Below, in pieces: positions 54,622-64,000 of a stretch of 64,000 nt of DNA. Origin of the DNA: an uncultured Bacteroidaceae bacterium (GTDB taxonomy: Bacteria; Bacillota; Clostridia; Christensenellales; CAG-917); assembly GCA_964604875.1 (NCBI GenBank), contig CAZSAC010000001.1:30730-94729 (forward strand), written 5' to 3'. The stretch's first letter is position 1. Each line of letters begins with the position of its first letter. The notes beneath the pieces were generated by a model that saw nothing but the letters and a program-made list of their open reading frames with translations, ran no database searches and was not told where the DNA came from. The translations under genes were made by a program, and so were the position numbers.

Positions 54622-56100
54622 TTATAGAAGAATACAAATTACTCCGCCTTTTCCCTCGTTTACGATGCGAGTAACAGTCTTGCGCATCTTATTACGAACT
54701 TCAACAGGCATAGCTCTAAGTTTATTTCCTAAACCCTCATTTACAAAAGAATTTAACGTTCTGCCAAATATATTGGTTTCCCAAATGCCAGTCTTATCAT
54801 CGGCAAATTTGTCCAATAATGATTTTACCAAATCCTCGCTTTGTTGCTCTGTACCCACTATCGGGCTAACCTCGGCTTCCACGTCTACCCGCATAATATG
54901 CAACGATGGCGCTGACGCTTTCAATTTGATTCCGTATTGCCCGCCTTGCTTAACCATAATAGGCTCCTCTAAAATCATTTCGCTCATAGTCGGTTCCACA
55001 ACGCCATAGCCTGTTGCGTAAACTTCTTCCAACGCTCCTTTTAGCTTGCTATAGCTTTCTTCTGCTTTTTTAAGAAAACGGATATAGCTGAACAACATAA
55101 AATCGTCGCCGATGTCGTGTCCGCATTCCTCGCTTAGGACGCTGAAGAATAAATCGGGTTTGACTTTTACGTTGATTTCCATTTTGCCCGTCGCCATATC
55201 CAGCGAGCTAATTTCGGGAGTGTCAAGATATTTTGCGTTTGCAAATGCCGCCGCAAGCTTGTCGCTGTCACGCATTTTTATAATATCTGCGGAAATGTTA
55301 TTTAAAATTGAAAGCAATTCCTTTATTATGCTGTTATCGGCGGACAACGCTTGTAACCATTTTGGAGCGACAGCGTCAAGTTGTTTAAGCGGAAATTCTG
55401 CCAAAATAGTTTGCATTACGTCGGAAACGTCGTCCTCTGTCATATTTAATGCGTCTTTAACTAAAACCGGCACATCGAATTTTGCGCTCAAATCTGCGCC
55501 AATCTTTATTGTTTCGGGCGCGTTGGGCGTTTTGCTGTTTAAAACTATTGCAAAAGGTTTTCCAAATTCTTTTAATTCTTTGGCGACTCTCGCCTCCGCT
55601 TTTTCGTAAGAATGCCTTTCAATATCGGTTATAGTGCCGTCTGTGGTAACCAAAACCCCTATTGTGGAATGTTCTTTGATAACTTTTTCCGTGCCGATTT
55701 CCGCAGCCCTCTCGAATGGCATTTCGTCTTCCGACCAAGGCGTACGAACTTTTCTTTCCTTACCCGCCTCCAAGTGTCCGATAGCGCCGTCTACCAAATA
55801 ACCAACGCAATCAATAAGTCTGACGTTTGCAACAGCTTTGTCGTTAAATTTAACTTTAACGGCTTCTGCCGGCACAAACTTTGGCTGAGTTGTCATAATA
55901 CTTTTTCCGTCAGCCGATTGTGGCAATTCATCCACCGCCCTTCTGCGTTTGTTTTCGTCGTCGATGTTATCCAACACTAAAACTTCCATAAATCGTTTGA
56001 TAAAAGTAGACTTGCCACTTCTGACAGGTCCGACAACTCCAACATATATATCGCCGTTCGTGCGTGTAGCTATGTCACGATATAAATTAAAATCCGTCAT
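54622..56100 (-). CDS. spoIVA: Stage IV sporulation protein A (spore coat morphogenetic ATPase)
   Basis: Start set at the ATG after AAGGAGG; 492 aa; GDIYVGVVGPVRSGKSTFIKRFME Walker A; full-length match to the SpoIVA pattern. Confidence 0.96.
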   Translation of the reverse strand: MTDFNLYRDIATRTNGDIYVGVVGPVRSGKSTFIKRFMEVLVLDNIDDENKRRRAVDELPQSADGKSIMTTQPKFVPAEAVKVKFNDKAVANVRLIDCVGYLVDGAIGHLEAGKERKVRTPWSEDEMPFERAAEIGTEKVIKEHSTIGVLVTTDGTITDIERHSYEKAEARVAKELKEFGKPFAIVLNSKTPNAPETIKIGADLSAKFDVPVLVKDALNMTEDDVSDVMQTILAEFPLKQLDAVAPKWLQALSADNSIIKELLSILNNISADIIKMRDSDKLAAAFANAKYLDTPEISSLDMATGKMEINVKVKPDLFFSVLSEECGHDIGDDFMLFSYIRFLKKAEESYSKLKGALEEVYATGYGVVEPTMSEMILEEPIMVKQGGQYGIKLKASAPSLHIMRVDVEAEVSPIVGTEQQSEDLVKSLLDKFADDKTGIWETNIFGRTLNSFVNEGLGNKLRAMPVEVRNKMRKTVTRIVNEGKGGVICILL

Positions 56101-56189
56101 ATACAACCTCCTTTTAGATGTGTCGGTAAAGTATATGACGGATTATATTAAAAAATGTTGTCTTATTTAATAAGGAATAAAAATAATAT

Positions 56190-57464
56190 CTATTTATTAC
56201 ATATATTTTCTAAAGCGCTGATTTTTATTGCGGTGACAAAAACCTCCATCGCCGTTTTAAGCTCATCAACGGCCGGATATGAAGGCGCAATCCTGATGTT
56301 TTTATCCAAGTCATCATTGCCCAAGGGGAAGGTTGCGCCGGCGTTTGTAAACTTTACGCCGACAGACGACGCAATTTCTATCACGCGTTTTGCGCTTCCC
56401 GATAAAACGTCAACAGAAACAAAATAGCCTCCGTTAGGTTTTGTCCAAGAAACAATGTCGTTAGGCTCAAAATTAGCTTCTAACGTGTCGTAAACCGTTT
56501 GAAATTTCGGACGCAAAATCGACGCGTGTTTTTCCATAATCGCTTTAATGTTGTTCACATCCTTCAAAAAACGAAAGTGCATCAGTTGATTAACCTTATT
56601 TGGACCAATAGTTTGATATTTTATGCGGGAATAAAACTCTTTCAAGTTGGCTTCACTTGTAATTAGGGTTGCAACGCCCGCGCCTGACATTGTAATTTTT
56701 GACGTGGAAGAAAACATAAAAACTCGGTCGGGATTGCCCGCTAGATTTGCCGCCTCAATAATGTTTTTTAAGGGCTCGTCTTTAAATAACGTATGCACAC
56801 AATAGGCGTTATCCCAAAATATCCTAAAATCGGGCGATGCGGTTTTCATATTTGCAAGTCTGCTTACAACGTCGTCGGAGTATGTAATACCTGTAGGATT
56901 GCTGTATTTTGGCACGCACCATATCCCCTTTATTGAACTGTCGTTTTCGACAAGCGCTTCAATCATACCGATGTTTACGCCGTTTTCGGAAAGAGGCACA
57001 GATATCATTTCAATGCCAAAAGCCTGACAAATTGCAAAATGTCTGTCGTATCCCGGAGTCAGACAGATAAATTTAACACGCGGAAGCTTATTCCACGGAA
57101 CATTACCTCCAAACCCAAATTGTTTTCCGTGTTGGACTAAAGTATACATTATTGATAAACTTGAGCTGTCTCCGACATAGACGTTCGAGGCTGATACGGA
57201 GAATAAATCGGCAAACAGCTTGCGCATTTCCATTATGCCCTCAATACAGCCATAATTTCGGGCGTCAATACCGTTTTCAAGTTTGAAATTCGACTTTGAA
57301 TCCAAAATATCGAACATCTCGTTTAACATATCCAACTGTTGCGTACAAGGTTTTCCTCTCGACATATCCAAAGAAAGCTTCATCGACTGAAACTTCTTAA
57401 GTTGCTTTAATTCTTTTTCCAAGTTTTCCTTGGCGTCTTTTACAGATAAATTTGCGTATGTCAT
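56190..57464 (-). CDS. PLP-dependent aminotransferase, class I/II fold
   Basis: 424 aa; SSTSKITMSGAG lysine block, NPTG motif. Confidence 0.7.
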   Translation of the reverse strand: MTYANLSVKDAKENLEKELKQLKKFQSMKLSLDMSRGKPCTQQLDMLNEMFDILDSKSNFKLENGIDARNYGCIEGIMEMRKLFADLFSVSASNVYVGDSSSLSIMYTLVQHGKQFGFGGNVPWNKLPRVKFICLTPGYDRHFAICQAFGIEMISVPLSENGVNIGMIEALVENDSSIKGIWCVPKYSNPTGITYSDDVVSRLANMKTASPDFRIFWDNAYCVHTLFKDEPLKNIIEAANLAGNPDRVFMFSSTSKITMSGAGVATLITSEANLKEFYSRIKYQTIGPNKVNQLMHFRFLKDVNNIKAIMEKHASILRPKFQTVYDTLEANFEPNDIVSWTKPNGGYFVSVDVLSGSAKRVIEIASSVGVKFTNAGATFPLGNDDLDKNIRIAPSYPAVDELKTAMEVFVTAIKISALENICNK

Positions 57465-58789
57465 AGTATATCCTTCTCACTTTTATTACGAATTATAAGT
57501 TTTATTGGCGTTCCCGAAAACTCAAATGAACGTCGTAATGCGTTTTCCAAATACCTTTTATAGCTAAAGTGCATAATCCTTTCGTCATTGACAAACATAA
57601 CAAACGTCGGGGGTTTCACCGTAACCTGAGTGGTATAATAAATTTTAAGTCTTCTTCCGTTTTTGGACGGAGGTTCGTTTGTCAAAATTGCCTCGTGTAA
57701 AACGTCGTTGAGCAAGCCTGTTGAAATACGTCTTTCGGCATTTTCATAAACTTCGTTGGCAACCTTTAGAATTTCAGAAGCCCTTTTTCCTGTTTTTGCC
57801 GAAACAAATAACGGTTTATAATAATACATAAACTTTAACTCTTCGTCAAGATTTTTTGTATATTTATTTATTGTATGCGTATCTTTTTCCACTAAGTCCC
57901 ACTTATTCATTATAATAACGCTGGGTTTGCCTTGTTCGTGGACATAGCCTGCAATCTTTATATCCTGCTCGGACAGCTCGGTTGAAGAATCGATAACAAC
58001 AAGAATAATGTCTGCCCGACGTACCGCCGCTAAGCTGCGCATTACGCTGTATTGCTCCAAATCCTCGTCAACGCTTCTTTTTCTGCGGATACCCGCCGTA
58101 TCAATTAAAATATACTTTTTACCGTCAACCGTAAACGGCGTATCAATGGCGTCTCGGGTGGTGCCTGCAATATCGCTGACAATAACCCTATCATAACCAA
58201 GCAAACGGTTTACTATTGAGCTTTTGCCTGCGTTAGGCTTTCCGACAACCGCAATTTTTAAAACGTCGGTATCTTCTTCTGATGCGGAAAATTTTGATAT
58301 ATTTTTTACGATTTCATCCAACAAATCGCCAAGCCCTTTGGCTTGCTGAGCCGATATACCAATAGGTTCTCCGCAGCCGAGCTCGTAATAATCGTATAGC
58401 GAATCGTTTTCGTTATTATCCAGCTTATTTACAACAAGCAAAAATGGCTTACCGCTTTTGCGTAAAAATGACGCAACTTCATAGTCTTCATTTGTCAAAC
58501 CGGCTTTTCCGTCAAGCATAAACAGCACTAAATCGGCAGTATCAACAGCAATTTCCGCTTGCGCTTTTATATGAAGCCACATTTCGTCTTCGCTTTTAAT
58601 TTCCAATCCACCCGTATCAATAAGGGTAAAGGTTGTCCCGCACCACTCGGCGTCTGCGTAAAGCCTATCCCTAGTTACTCCGGGCGTATCCTCTACAATG
58701 GAAATGCGCTGCCCGACTATTTTATTAAAAAAAGTAGATTTTCCGACGTTCGGTCTTCCGACTATCGCTACCAAAGGTTTTCTTGCCAT
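57461..58789 (-). CDS. der: Ribosome-associated GTPase Der/EngA
   Basis: 442 aa; two G-domains (GRPNVGKST, GKPNAGKSS) plus a KH-like C-terminus. Confidence 0.96.
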   Translation of the reverse strand: MARKPLVAIVGRPNVGKSTFFNKIVGQRISIVEDTPGVTRDRLYADAEWCGTTFTLIDTGGLEIKSEDEMWLHIKAQAEIAVDTADLVLFMLDGKAGLTNEDYEVASFLRKSGKPFLLVVNKLDNNENDSLYDYYELGCGEPIGISAQQAKGLGDLLDEIVKNISKFSASEEDTDVLKIAVVGKPNAGKSSIVNRLLGYDRVIVSDIAGTTRDAIDTPFTVDGKKYILIDTAGIRRKRSVDEDLEQYSVMRSLAAVRRADIILVVIDSSTELSEQDIKIAGYVHEQGKPSVIIMNKWDLVEKDTHTINKYTKNLDEELKFMYYYKPLFVSAKTGKRASEILKVANEVYENAERRISTGLLNDVLHEAILTNEPPSKNGRRLKIYYTTQVTVKPPTFVMFVNDERIMHFSYKRYLENALRRSFEFSGTPIKLIIRNKSEKDIL

Positions 58790-58790
58790 A

Positions 58791-60068
58791 TTAATCCTCT
58801 ATAATTTTGTCCAGTAAATCTTCGCCTAAAGCATCGCTTACCGCAACATTTTTTAGTTGTGAAACTATTTTTTCAAAGGTTGTTCCGTCCAAAAATACGT
58901 CTTCAAATTCCCTAAGCATATTTTTGGGTATAATATATTTATCAAAGCCACGTGGAGTCTGCTCCAAAAGGTCTTTTCCTACAATCAAGCCCGCAACGGT
59001 CACATTTTTGCCAAAAAAGTTGTTTTCTATTGTGATAACTTCAATGGTAACATTTTTTATTTTGGTTAAAATTTGTTCAACGACAGCCTTTAAAGTTTTA
59101 GAAAAAGAAACTCCTGTTATCAACGCAACCTTTTTACCTTTTAAATCTATATCCGTCAAGGCATTAAGCTGATTATCAATGTTTTCCAAAAAAGTGGCAA
59201 TCAAACCGACTCCGTTTTCAATTTGCGAAAAGTTGCCGTAATAGTCTGCCGACGGAAGTTTTTTATCGGCTCTAACATAAAATTCGTCGCTACACCAACA
59301 AAAATCCTTTTCCTTATTAAAAGCCTCAACCATAGCAATCGTATCCGTTACGCACTTTTGTGACAGCGGTAAAATAGGATATAATCCCTCTCTGTGCTCT
59401 GTTAAGCCGACAGGAACCACCGCCAATGACTGAACGGACGGATAAAAAGAATAAAGCGTTTTGATTGTATCATCTAAAACCGCCCCGTCGTTTATACCCT
59501 CAACCAACACAACCTGAGTATGCATCTTTATACCGTTTTTGGCAAATAGTTGGATATACTCCATAAGCTTGGTGGCGTTTGGATTGGTTATCATCTTTTT
59601 GCGTACGTCGGGATTTACTGCGTGGACAGAAATGTATAACGGAGAAATTTTATATTCGATAATCCTATCAACGTCCTCTTGCGTGAGGTTGGTCAAAGTG
59701 ACATAGTTTCCGCTGACGCAAGATAAACGATAATCATCGTCCTTAACATATAAGGTTTCCCTCATATTTTTGGGGAGCTGATCTACAAAGCAAAAAACGC
59801 ATTTGTTTTTACACCTGTGCGGTGTCAGCACAAATTCTGCGCCGAAATCGATACCTAACGACTGACACTCCGACTTATGAATTAGAACTTTCTTTTTATT
59901 GCCCTGCCGATTGACGTATTCAACCGATACGTTTTCTTCGCAGTCAAAAAAGAGATAGTCTAAAACATCTCTAAGCGGGTGATTTTCTATCGATACGATA
60001 TCGTCCCCGATTTTTAAGCCCGCGCGCTTTGCGCAAGAGCCTTTTTCAAAACCTACTATTTTTGCCAT
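58791..60068 (-). CDS. PDZ + radical-SAM-like DUF512 protein
   Basis: 425 aa; N-terminal PDZ (GLKIGDDIVSIEN), CKNKCVFC cysteine triad; conserved position upstream of der in Clostridia. Confidence 0.7.
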   Translation of the reverse strand: MAKIVGFEKGSCAKRAGLKIGDDIVSIENHPLRDVLDYLFFDCEENVSVEYVNRQGNKKKVLIHKSECQSLGIDFGAEFVLTPHRCKNKCVFCFVDQLPKNMRETLYVKDDDYRLSCVSGNYVTLTNLTQEDVDRIIEYKISPLYISVHAVNPDVRKKMITNPNATKLMEYIQLFAKNGIKMHTQVVLVEGINDGAVLDDTIKTLYSFYPSVQSLAVVPVGLTEHREGLYPILPLSQKCVTDTIAMVEAFNKEKDFCWCSDEFYVRADKKLPSADYYGNFSQIENGVGLIATFLENIDNQLNALTDIDLKGKKVALITGVSFSKTLKAVVEQILTKIKNVTIEVITIENNFFGKNVTVAGLIVGKDLLEQTPRGFDKYIIPKNMLREFEDVFLDGTTFEKIVSQLKNVAVSDALGEDLLDKIIED

Positions 60069-60104
60069 TATATTTATCTTTTGTTCAGCTTGTCCTAAAT
60101 GGAA

Positions 60105-60392
60105 TTAGATTTCAAAATCCACGCAAACGGATTTTTCAGCCACCGTACCCATAAACGCCTTGACGGGTACGTGCAACGGATGTACTTGATATTCTTGCAT
60201 TTTCTCCATATTTTCAAAAGTGCAAATTAAGCAAAAATCGAAACTGCGACCGCTATGCAAAATATCCCAACCGCACTCGATGTCCAACAGACAATCTATT
60301 TTACCTTTCATACTCATAAAATTTTCTTTAACTTTTGTGAGCATTTCCAATGAAGTATCCTTTAATTGATAAACAACAATATGTTTTAACAT
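60105..60392 (-). CDS. Dabb (stress-responsive alpha/beta barrel) family protein
   Basis: 95 aa; MLKHIVVYQLKD start and H..H pattern of Dabb proteins. Confidence 0.65.
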   Translation of the reverse strand: MLKHIVVYQLKDTSLEMLTKVKENFMSMKGKIDCLLDIECGWDILHSGRSFDFCLICTFENMEKMQEYQVHPLHVPVKAFMGTVAEKSVCVDFEI

Positions 60393-60420
60393 AAAAATTT
60401 CCCGCTAAAAGCGGTCCTCC

Positions 60421-61575
60421 TTATAATGTTTCTTCTGTTCTTTCCTTATAGTTTGCCAAAAGCTCACAAATTTCCGACAACCCGTTCGCCGAGGTGCGTA
60501 CGGACGCGCTTTCTGCAAGCTGTTTTCCTAAATTTGTTTGCAAAATATTATATAAACCAATTATGGCAAAGTTATAGTCGTGAGCATAATATATCAAACT
60601 TTTCGACGCCAAATATTCCAAATCCGCCTCCTCGCTAGCGTTGTCGGGGGCATAAGCTATCACGGGGATATTAAGCAAAAACGACCGATAAATAAGTTCG
60701 CTGTCAAACACCGTCATAACGCAATCGGCGGCGATAAGCGTATTTTCCACTTTGCCGTCCGTGTTTAAATATACCTTGACATTTTGCACTTTTTTTTCGT
60801 CAATAAGCTTTAGTATATCACTATGAAGCATACGGTTTTTACCGCAGTCGGCAATTATGTTTATCATATTGCCTTGGTCAAGCAAAAGTTGAAACACGGG
60901 AAACATTTCTCTTGAGCCGACTTTCCCGCCGGACAAATAAATTGTCGGGTTCATATTCAAGCCTAAGTGCGCCTTTTTCTTGACGATAAAGTCCACCGAG
61001 GGCATATTTTCAACAATCGGCAAACCCAACACAAAAATTTTATTGCTTGGAAAACCTAAACTTGTGATTTTGTTTTTCATATCGATGTTTTCCACAATAT
61101 ACGCGTCGGCATAGGGGCTATAAAAACTTCTGTCCAATGAAAACAAATTCATCAAAACGACGATAGGATTGGGAAAATGCATACGCCTTTTGGCAACAAT
61201 GGACTCGTGAAAGCCCTCTTTTGTCGTCACCAAAATAACGTCGGGATTAAATCTCAAAATAGCGTTATAAATCCTTTTGGTTTTTCCCCTCAATCCTTTA
61301 TTTAAAAGATGTCCGTCACCAACGCTGAAATTCGCCCTTGAAAACTTTTGCTTAATTCCCTTAATATTGCGATATAATACGGGGATTTTTTGCGTATATC
61401 TTTCTGAAGCGGCATTCGACCTTTCTGCCCTGCTTTTAGAGCCGTATTGGTTCTCGTCAATTATAATCACATTATAGTTTTGATGATACGAACTAAATTG
61501 CTCGGCTACGGATTTCACGACAGAGTCGTCCGCGCAAATCGACGAAATAATCAATATATTTTTTTTAGGGTTCAT
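60421..61575 (-). CDS. GT-B-fold glycosyltransferase-like protein (MGDG-synthase/MurG-like architecture), N-terminal motif degenerate
   Basis: 384 aa; ILIISS...(no G-x-G-H) N-half and Rossmann-like C-half; assignment by architecture only. Confidence 0.35.
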   Translation of the reverse strand: MNPKKNILIISSICADDSVVKSVAEQFSSYHQNYNVIIIDENQYGSKSRAERSNAASERYTQKIPVLYRNIKGIKQKFSRANFSVGDGHLLNKGLRGKTKRIYNAILRFNPDVILVTTKEGFHESIVAKRRMHFPNPIVVLMNLFSLDRSFYSPYADAYIVENIDMKNKITSLGFPSNKIFVLGLPIVENMPSVDFIVKKKAHLGLNMNPTIYLSGGKVGSREMFPVFQLLLDQGNMINIIADCGKNRMLHSDILKLIDEKKVQNVKVYLNTDGKVENTLIAADCVMTVFDSELIYRSFLLNIPVIAYAPDNASEEADLEYLASKSLIYYAHDYNFAIIGLYNILQTNLGKQLAESASVRTSANGLSEICELLANYKERTEETL

Positions 61576-62798
61576 TTTATACCTCCGATGTAACGGCGTA
61601 AAATATCGTGTTTTTGAAGCTTTAAGTCACTTTTAATATATAATCGTTGCTGAACCAATTTGCAATCATCAACCAAATTTGATTGCTCGTCAAAAACCTC
61701 GTCAACCACAATTTGCTTATTGAAATTTTGGTCAGAAGACAACACTTCCAAAACATCACCTTTTTTAAAACGATTGCGCTGCTCGACAATTATTGCGCCA
61801 AGCTTTTCGTCATAGCCCAAAGCCTCGGCAATAAATGCGTATTCGCAGTTTGGTTTAGAGGTATCGTAACATACGTTGTCTTTGTTTTCAAAATACAGTC
61901 CAGTGGTATAGCCTCTATGGCTTGTTTTATCAAGCTCAAGAGCAAGCTCATCGCTTAATTTATAGTTGTTTTTGTCTTCATAATATGCGTTTATTGCGCG
62001 TCTATAAGCGTTTACAACACTGCCAACGTAGTATTCGGATTTCATTCTGCCTTCAATTTTAAAGCTGTCGACGCCCGCTTCTATAAGCTTGTCGATATAC
62101 GAAAGCATATTTAAATCCTTGCTGTTCATAATATAGGTGCCGTGCTTGTCCTCAAGCATTGTCAAAGGATTCTCAGTTCGGCTTGCCTCTGCGATGGCGT
62201 ACTCCCACCGACAGGCTTGAACGCACTCGCCTCGATTGCTGTTTCGGTTGGTTAGATAACTGCTAAGCAAGCACCTACCGCTATACGAAATGCACATAGC
62301 CCCGTGAACAAAAACCTCCAACTGAAGACTGTCTCCAACCATTTGTTTAATTTCTGCAATTTCCTCAAGTGAAAGTTCTCTTGCCAAAACCACGCGCTTT
62401 ACGCCCTGCTTTGCCCAAAACTTTGCAGTGTATCCGTTTGTTGTATTCGCCTGAGTCGATAAGTGTATTTCAAGCTTAGGAGCAACCTTTTGACAAAGCT
62501 CTATCGCGCCTGCGTCCGTCATTATAACGCCGTCAACCCCTATCGATTCCAAAAATACAAAGTAGGTAGAAAGCGGGGAAAAATCCCTGTTTGAAGCAAA
62601 AATATTGACCGTGACAAACACTTTTTTAGAAATAGAGTGCGCAAAGCTTACGGCGTCCGCCAATTCGCTATTTTCAAAATTGTCCGCATACGCCCTAAGT
62701 CCGAACTCGCTTCCGCCCAAATAGACGGCGTCCGCGCCAAAATGGAACGCGGTATTAAGTTTATTTCGATTGCCTGCCGGCGCCAAAAGCTCAACCAT
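61572..62798 (-). CDS. Peptidase U32 family protein (TrhP/YrrO-like tRNA hydroxylation factor)
   Basis: 408 aa; U32 signature EVFVHGAMCISYSGRCLLS; adjacent to an O-methyltransferase as in yrrM-yrrN-yrrO. Confidence 0.85.
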   Translation of the reverse strand: MVELLAPAGNRNKLNTAFHFGADAVYLGGSEFGLRAYADNFENSELADAVSFAHSISKKVFVTVNIFASNRDFSPLSTYFVFLESIGVDGVIMTDAGAIELCQKVAPKLEIHLSTQANTTNGYTAKFWAKQGVKRVVLARELSLEEIAEIKQMVGDSLQLEVFVHGAMCISYSGRCLLSSYLTNRNSNRGECVQACRWEYAIAEASRTENPLTMLEDKHGTYIMNSKDLNMLSYIDKLIEAGVDSFKIEGRMKSEYYVGSVVNAYRRAINAYYEDKNNYKLSDELALELDKTSHRGYTTGLYFENKDNVCYDTSKPNCEYAFIAEALGYDEKLGAIIVEQRNRFKKGDVLEVLSSDQNFNKQIVVDEVFDEQSNLVDDCKLVQQRLYIKSDLKLQKHDILRRYIGGIK

Positions 62799-62800
62799 TG

Positions 62801-63397
62801 CTACCTCTTTTTTGTACCTATACTGATTCCGTCGCCCTCATAAAGCAAAACTGCGTCGAAATCCTCGTCTGTTTCAAGTTGTTGTAAATATGTTTTAAGC
62901 GATAAAATTATCGTGCGGTGCTTATGTAAAGGCTTATCCATAAAGGTATAGCCTTTAAATAGCACGTTGTCGGCAAAAATCACACCGCCTATTGAAAGAA
63001 CCTTTTTAAGATACGGCAGAAATTGCGCATAGTGTCCTTTGGGTCCGTCAAGCAAAATAAAGTCAAACTCGCCCGTAAGATAGCGGATTATCTCTACCGC
63101 GTCGCCTTCCCAAAAAGTTACTCTGTCTAAAAACCCGGCTTTTTCAAAATTTTGTTTTGCCACCGCAATAGACTCGGCGTCGATTTCAACGGTATAAAGT
63201 TTTGCGTCGCAGTTGGACAACATCAAAATTCCGCTGTAGCCTATCGCCGTACCAATTTCCAAAATCCTTTTTGGATTTTTGGCTTTTATCGTATCCTCCA
63301 AAATTGTTGCGCTTTCGTCCAAAATAATCGGCACTTTATGCGCTTTTGCGTAGGATTTTATTTCTTTTAATACCGAACTGTCCAAGCTAAGCCTCAA
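62801..63397 (-). CDS. Class I SAM-dependent O-methyltransferase (TrmR/YrrM-like)
   Basis: 198 aa; ILEIGTAIGYS SAM motif, FDFILLDGPK, ADN. Confidence 0.75.
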   Translation of the reverse strand: MRLSLDSSVLKEIKSYAKAHKVPIILDESATILEDTIKAKNPKRILEIGTAIGYSGILMLSNCDAKLYTVEIDAESIAVAKQNFEKAGFLDRVTFWEGDAVEIIRYLTGEFDFILLDGPKGHYAQFLPYLKKVLSIGGVIFADNVLFKGYTFMDKPLHKHRTIILSLKTYLQQLETDEDFDAVLLYEGDGISIGTKKR

Positions 63398-64000
63398 TAA
63401 TTATCGGCAAAATCATCGGATATTGTCTATAACTGTTTACGATAAACTTCCTTAAGGCTTTTCTGATTATAGTTTTTAGGTCGAAAATATCTTCAACCGT
63501 TGAAAAATCGATGTTTTCCAGCGCGCGCGACACAACCTCTTTAGCCTGCTCGGGGAAAGCGTCGCTTAAATGAACGCCTCTTAGAATTACGTCGGGACCG
63601 CTTAAAATCTCGCCTGTTTTGAAACGTATGGTTGTCAAAACGATAATAAAACCGTTGTCCGATAAGGCTTTTCTATCTCTTAAAACACCCTCTGCGTTAT
63701 CGCCTAAGGCAATGCCGTCAATAAAGTTGTTGCCTGCGGGCACGTTGGACATTTTAACGATTTTGTTTTTTTGAACGCCAAGCATATTTCCTATAGACGG
63801 AATAAAAATGCTTTCGGGATTGATGCCCATACTTTCAGCAAGTAAAGCGTGCTTTTTTAAGTGTCGATATTCACCGTGAACAGGCACAAAATACTTTGGC
63901 TTCACCATAGCAAGCATCATTTTAAGTTCTTCCTTGCAAGCGTGTCCGGATACGTGAATGTCGAGGTCGGGGTTATAAATTACCTCTGCGCCCAAACGGT
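63387..64000 (-). CDS. rnj: Ribonuclease J, C-terminal part (gene continues beyond the window)
   Basis: HVSGHACKEELKMM (beta-CASP/MBL motif) and C-terminal domain; the reading frame is open to the window edge. Confidence 0.85.
   Translation of the reverse strand, partial: RLGAEVIYNPDLDIHVSGHACKEELKMMLAMVKPKYFVPVHGEYRHLKKHALLAESMGINPESIFIPSIGNMLGVQKNKIVKMSNVPAGNNFIDGIALGDNAEGVLRDRKALSDNGFIIVLTTIRFKTGEILSGPDVILRGVHLSDAFPEQAKEVVSRALENIDFSTVEDIFDLKTIIRKALRKFIVNSYRQYPMILPIIIEA

Noticed and set aside
56107-56189. Sigma-E promoter upstream of spoIVA
   Set aside because: A CATATACT -10-like element is present, but no acceptable -35 (ATA-containing) element lies at 16-18 nt spacing. The evidence is too weak to annotate.

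Overview
AT-rich Firmicutes (Clostridia-type endospore former) core-chromosome segment. About 64 protein genes are packed tightly, and all but two (pepP-like, efp) lie on the minus strand. There are also 13 complete tRNA genes, one edge-truncated tRNA and one large non-coding RNA locus. Read on the minus strand, the order is: rnj(partial)-trmR-like-U32(trhP-like)-GT-like-Dabb-DUF512-der-aminotransferase-spoIVA-rdgB-phosphoesterase; a 10-tRNA operon; M28 peptidase, orphan trpB, AKR, AOR, HAD; the rimP-nusA-ylxR-ylxQ-infB-rbfA-nrnA-truB-ribF operon; (efp, pepP on +); spoIIIAA-AH; asp23-nusB-folD-xseA-xseB-ispA-[~575 nt RNA]-4TM protein-dxs-tlyA-nadK-argR-recN-spoIVB-spo0A-like; dac, lysA, M50, scpA-scpB, ftsK, rimO-pgsA-cinA_C-recA-rny. 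No mobile elements, CRISPR arrays or defence islands were seen. Five things deserve a second look. (1) The ORF-free ispA/dxs gap with its downstream 4-TM protein matches the described OLE RNA / OapA context. (2) The canonical spo0A position after spoIVB holds only a 114-aa Spo0A C-terminal DNA-binding domain with no receiver domain. (3) The leader of the orphan trpB carries a 5-nt-periodic run of UAG/GAG triplets resembling a TRAP binding site. (4) A GC-rich 72-bp-period tandem repeat and mutually exclusive hairpins sit in a 364-nt spacer inside the tRNA operon. (5) Twin 0A-box-like 11-mers lie upstream of rdgB. All calls come from reading the sequence and translated ORFs by eye. No database search or folding computation was run.
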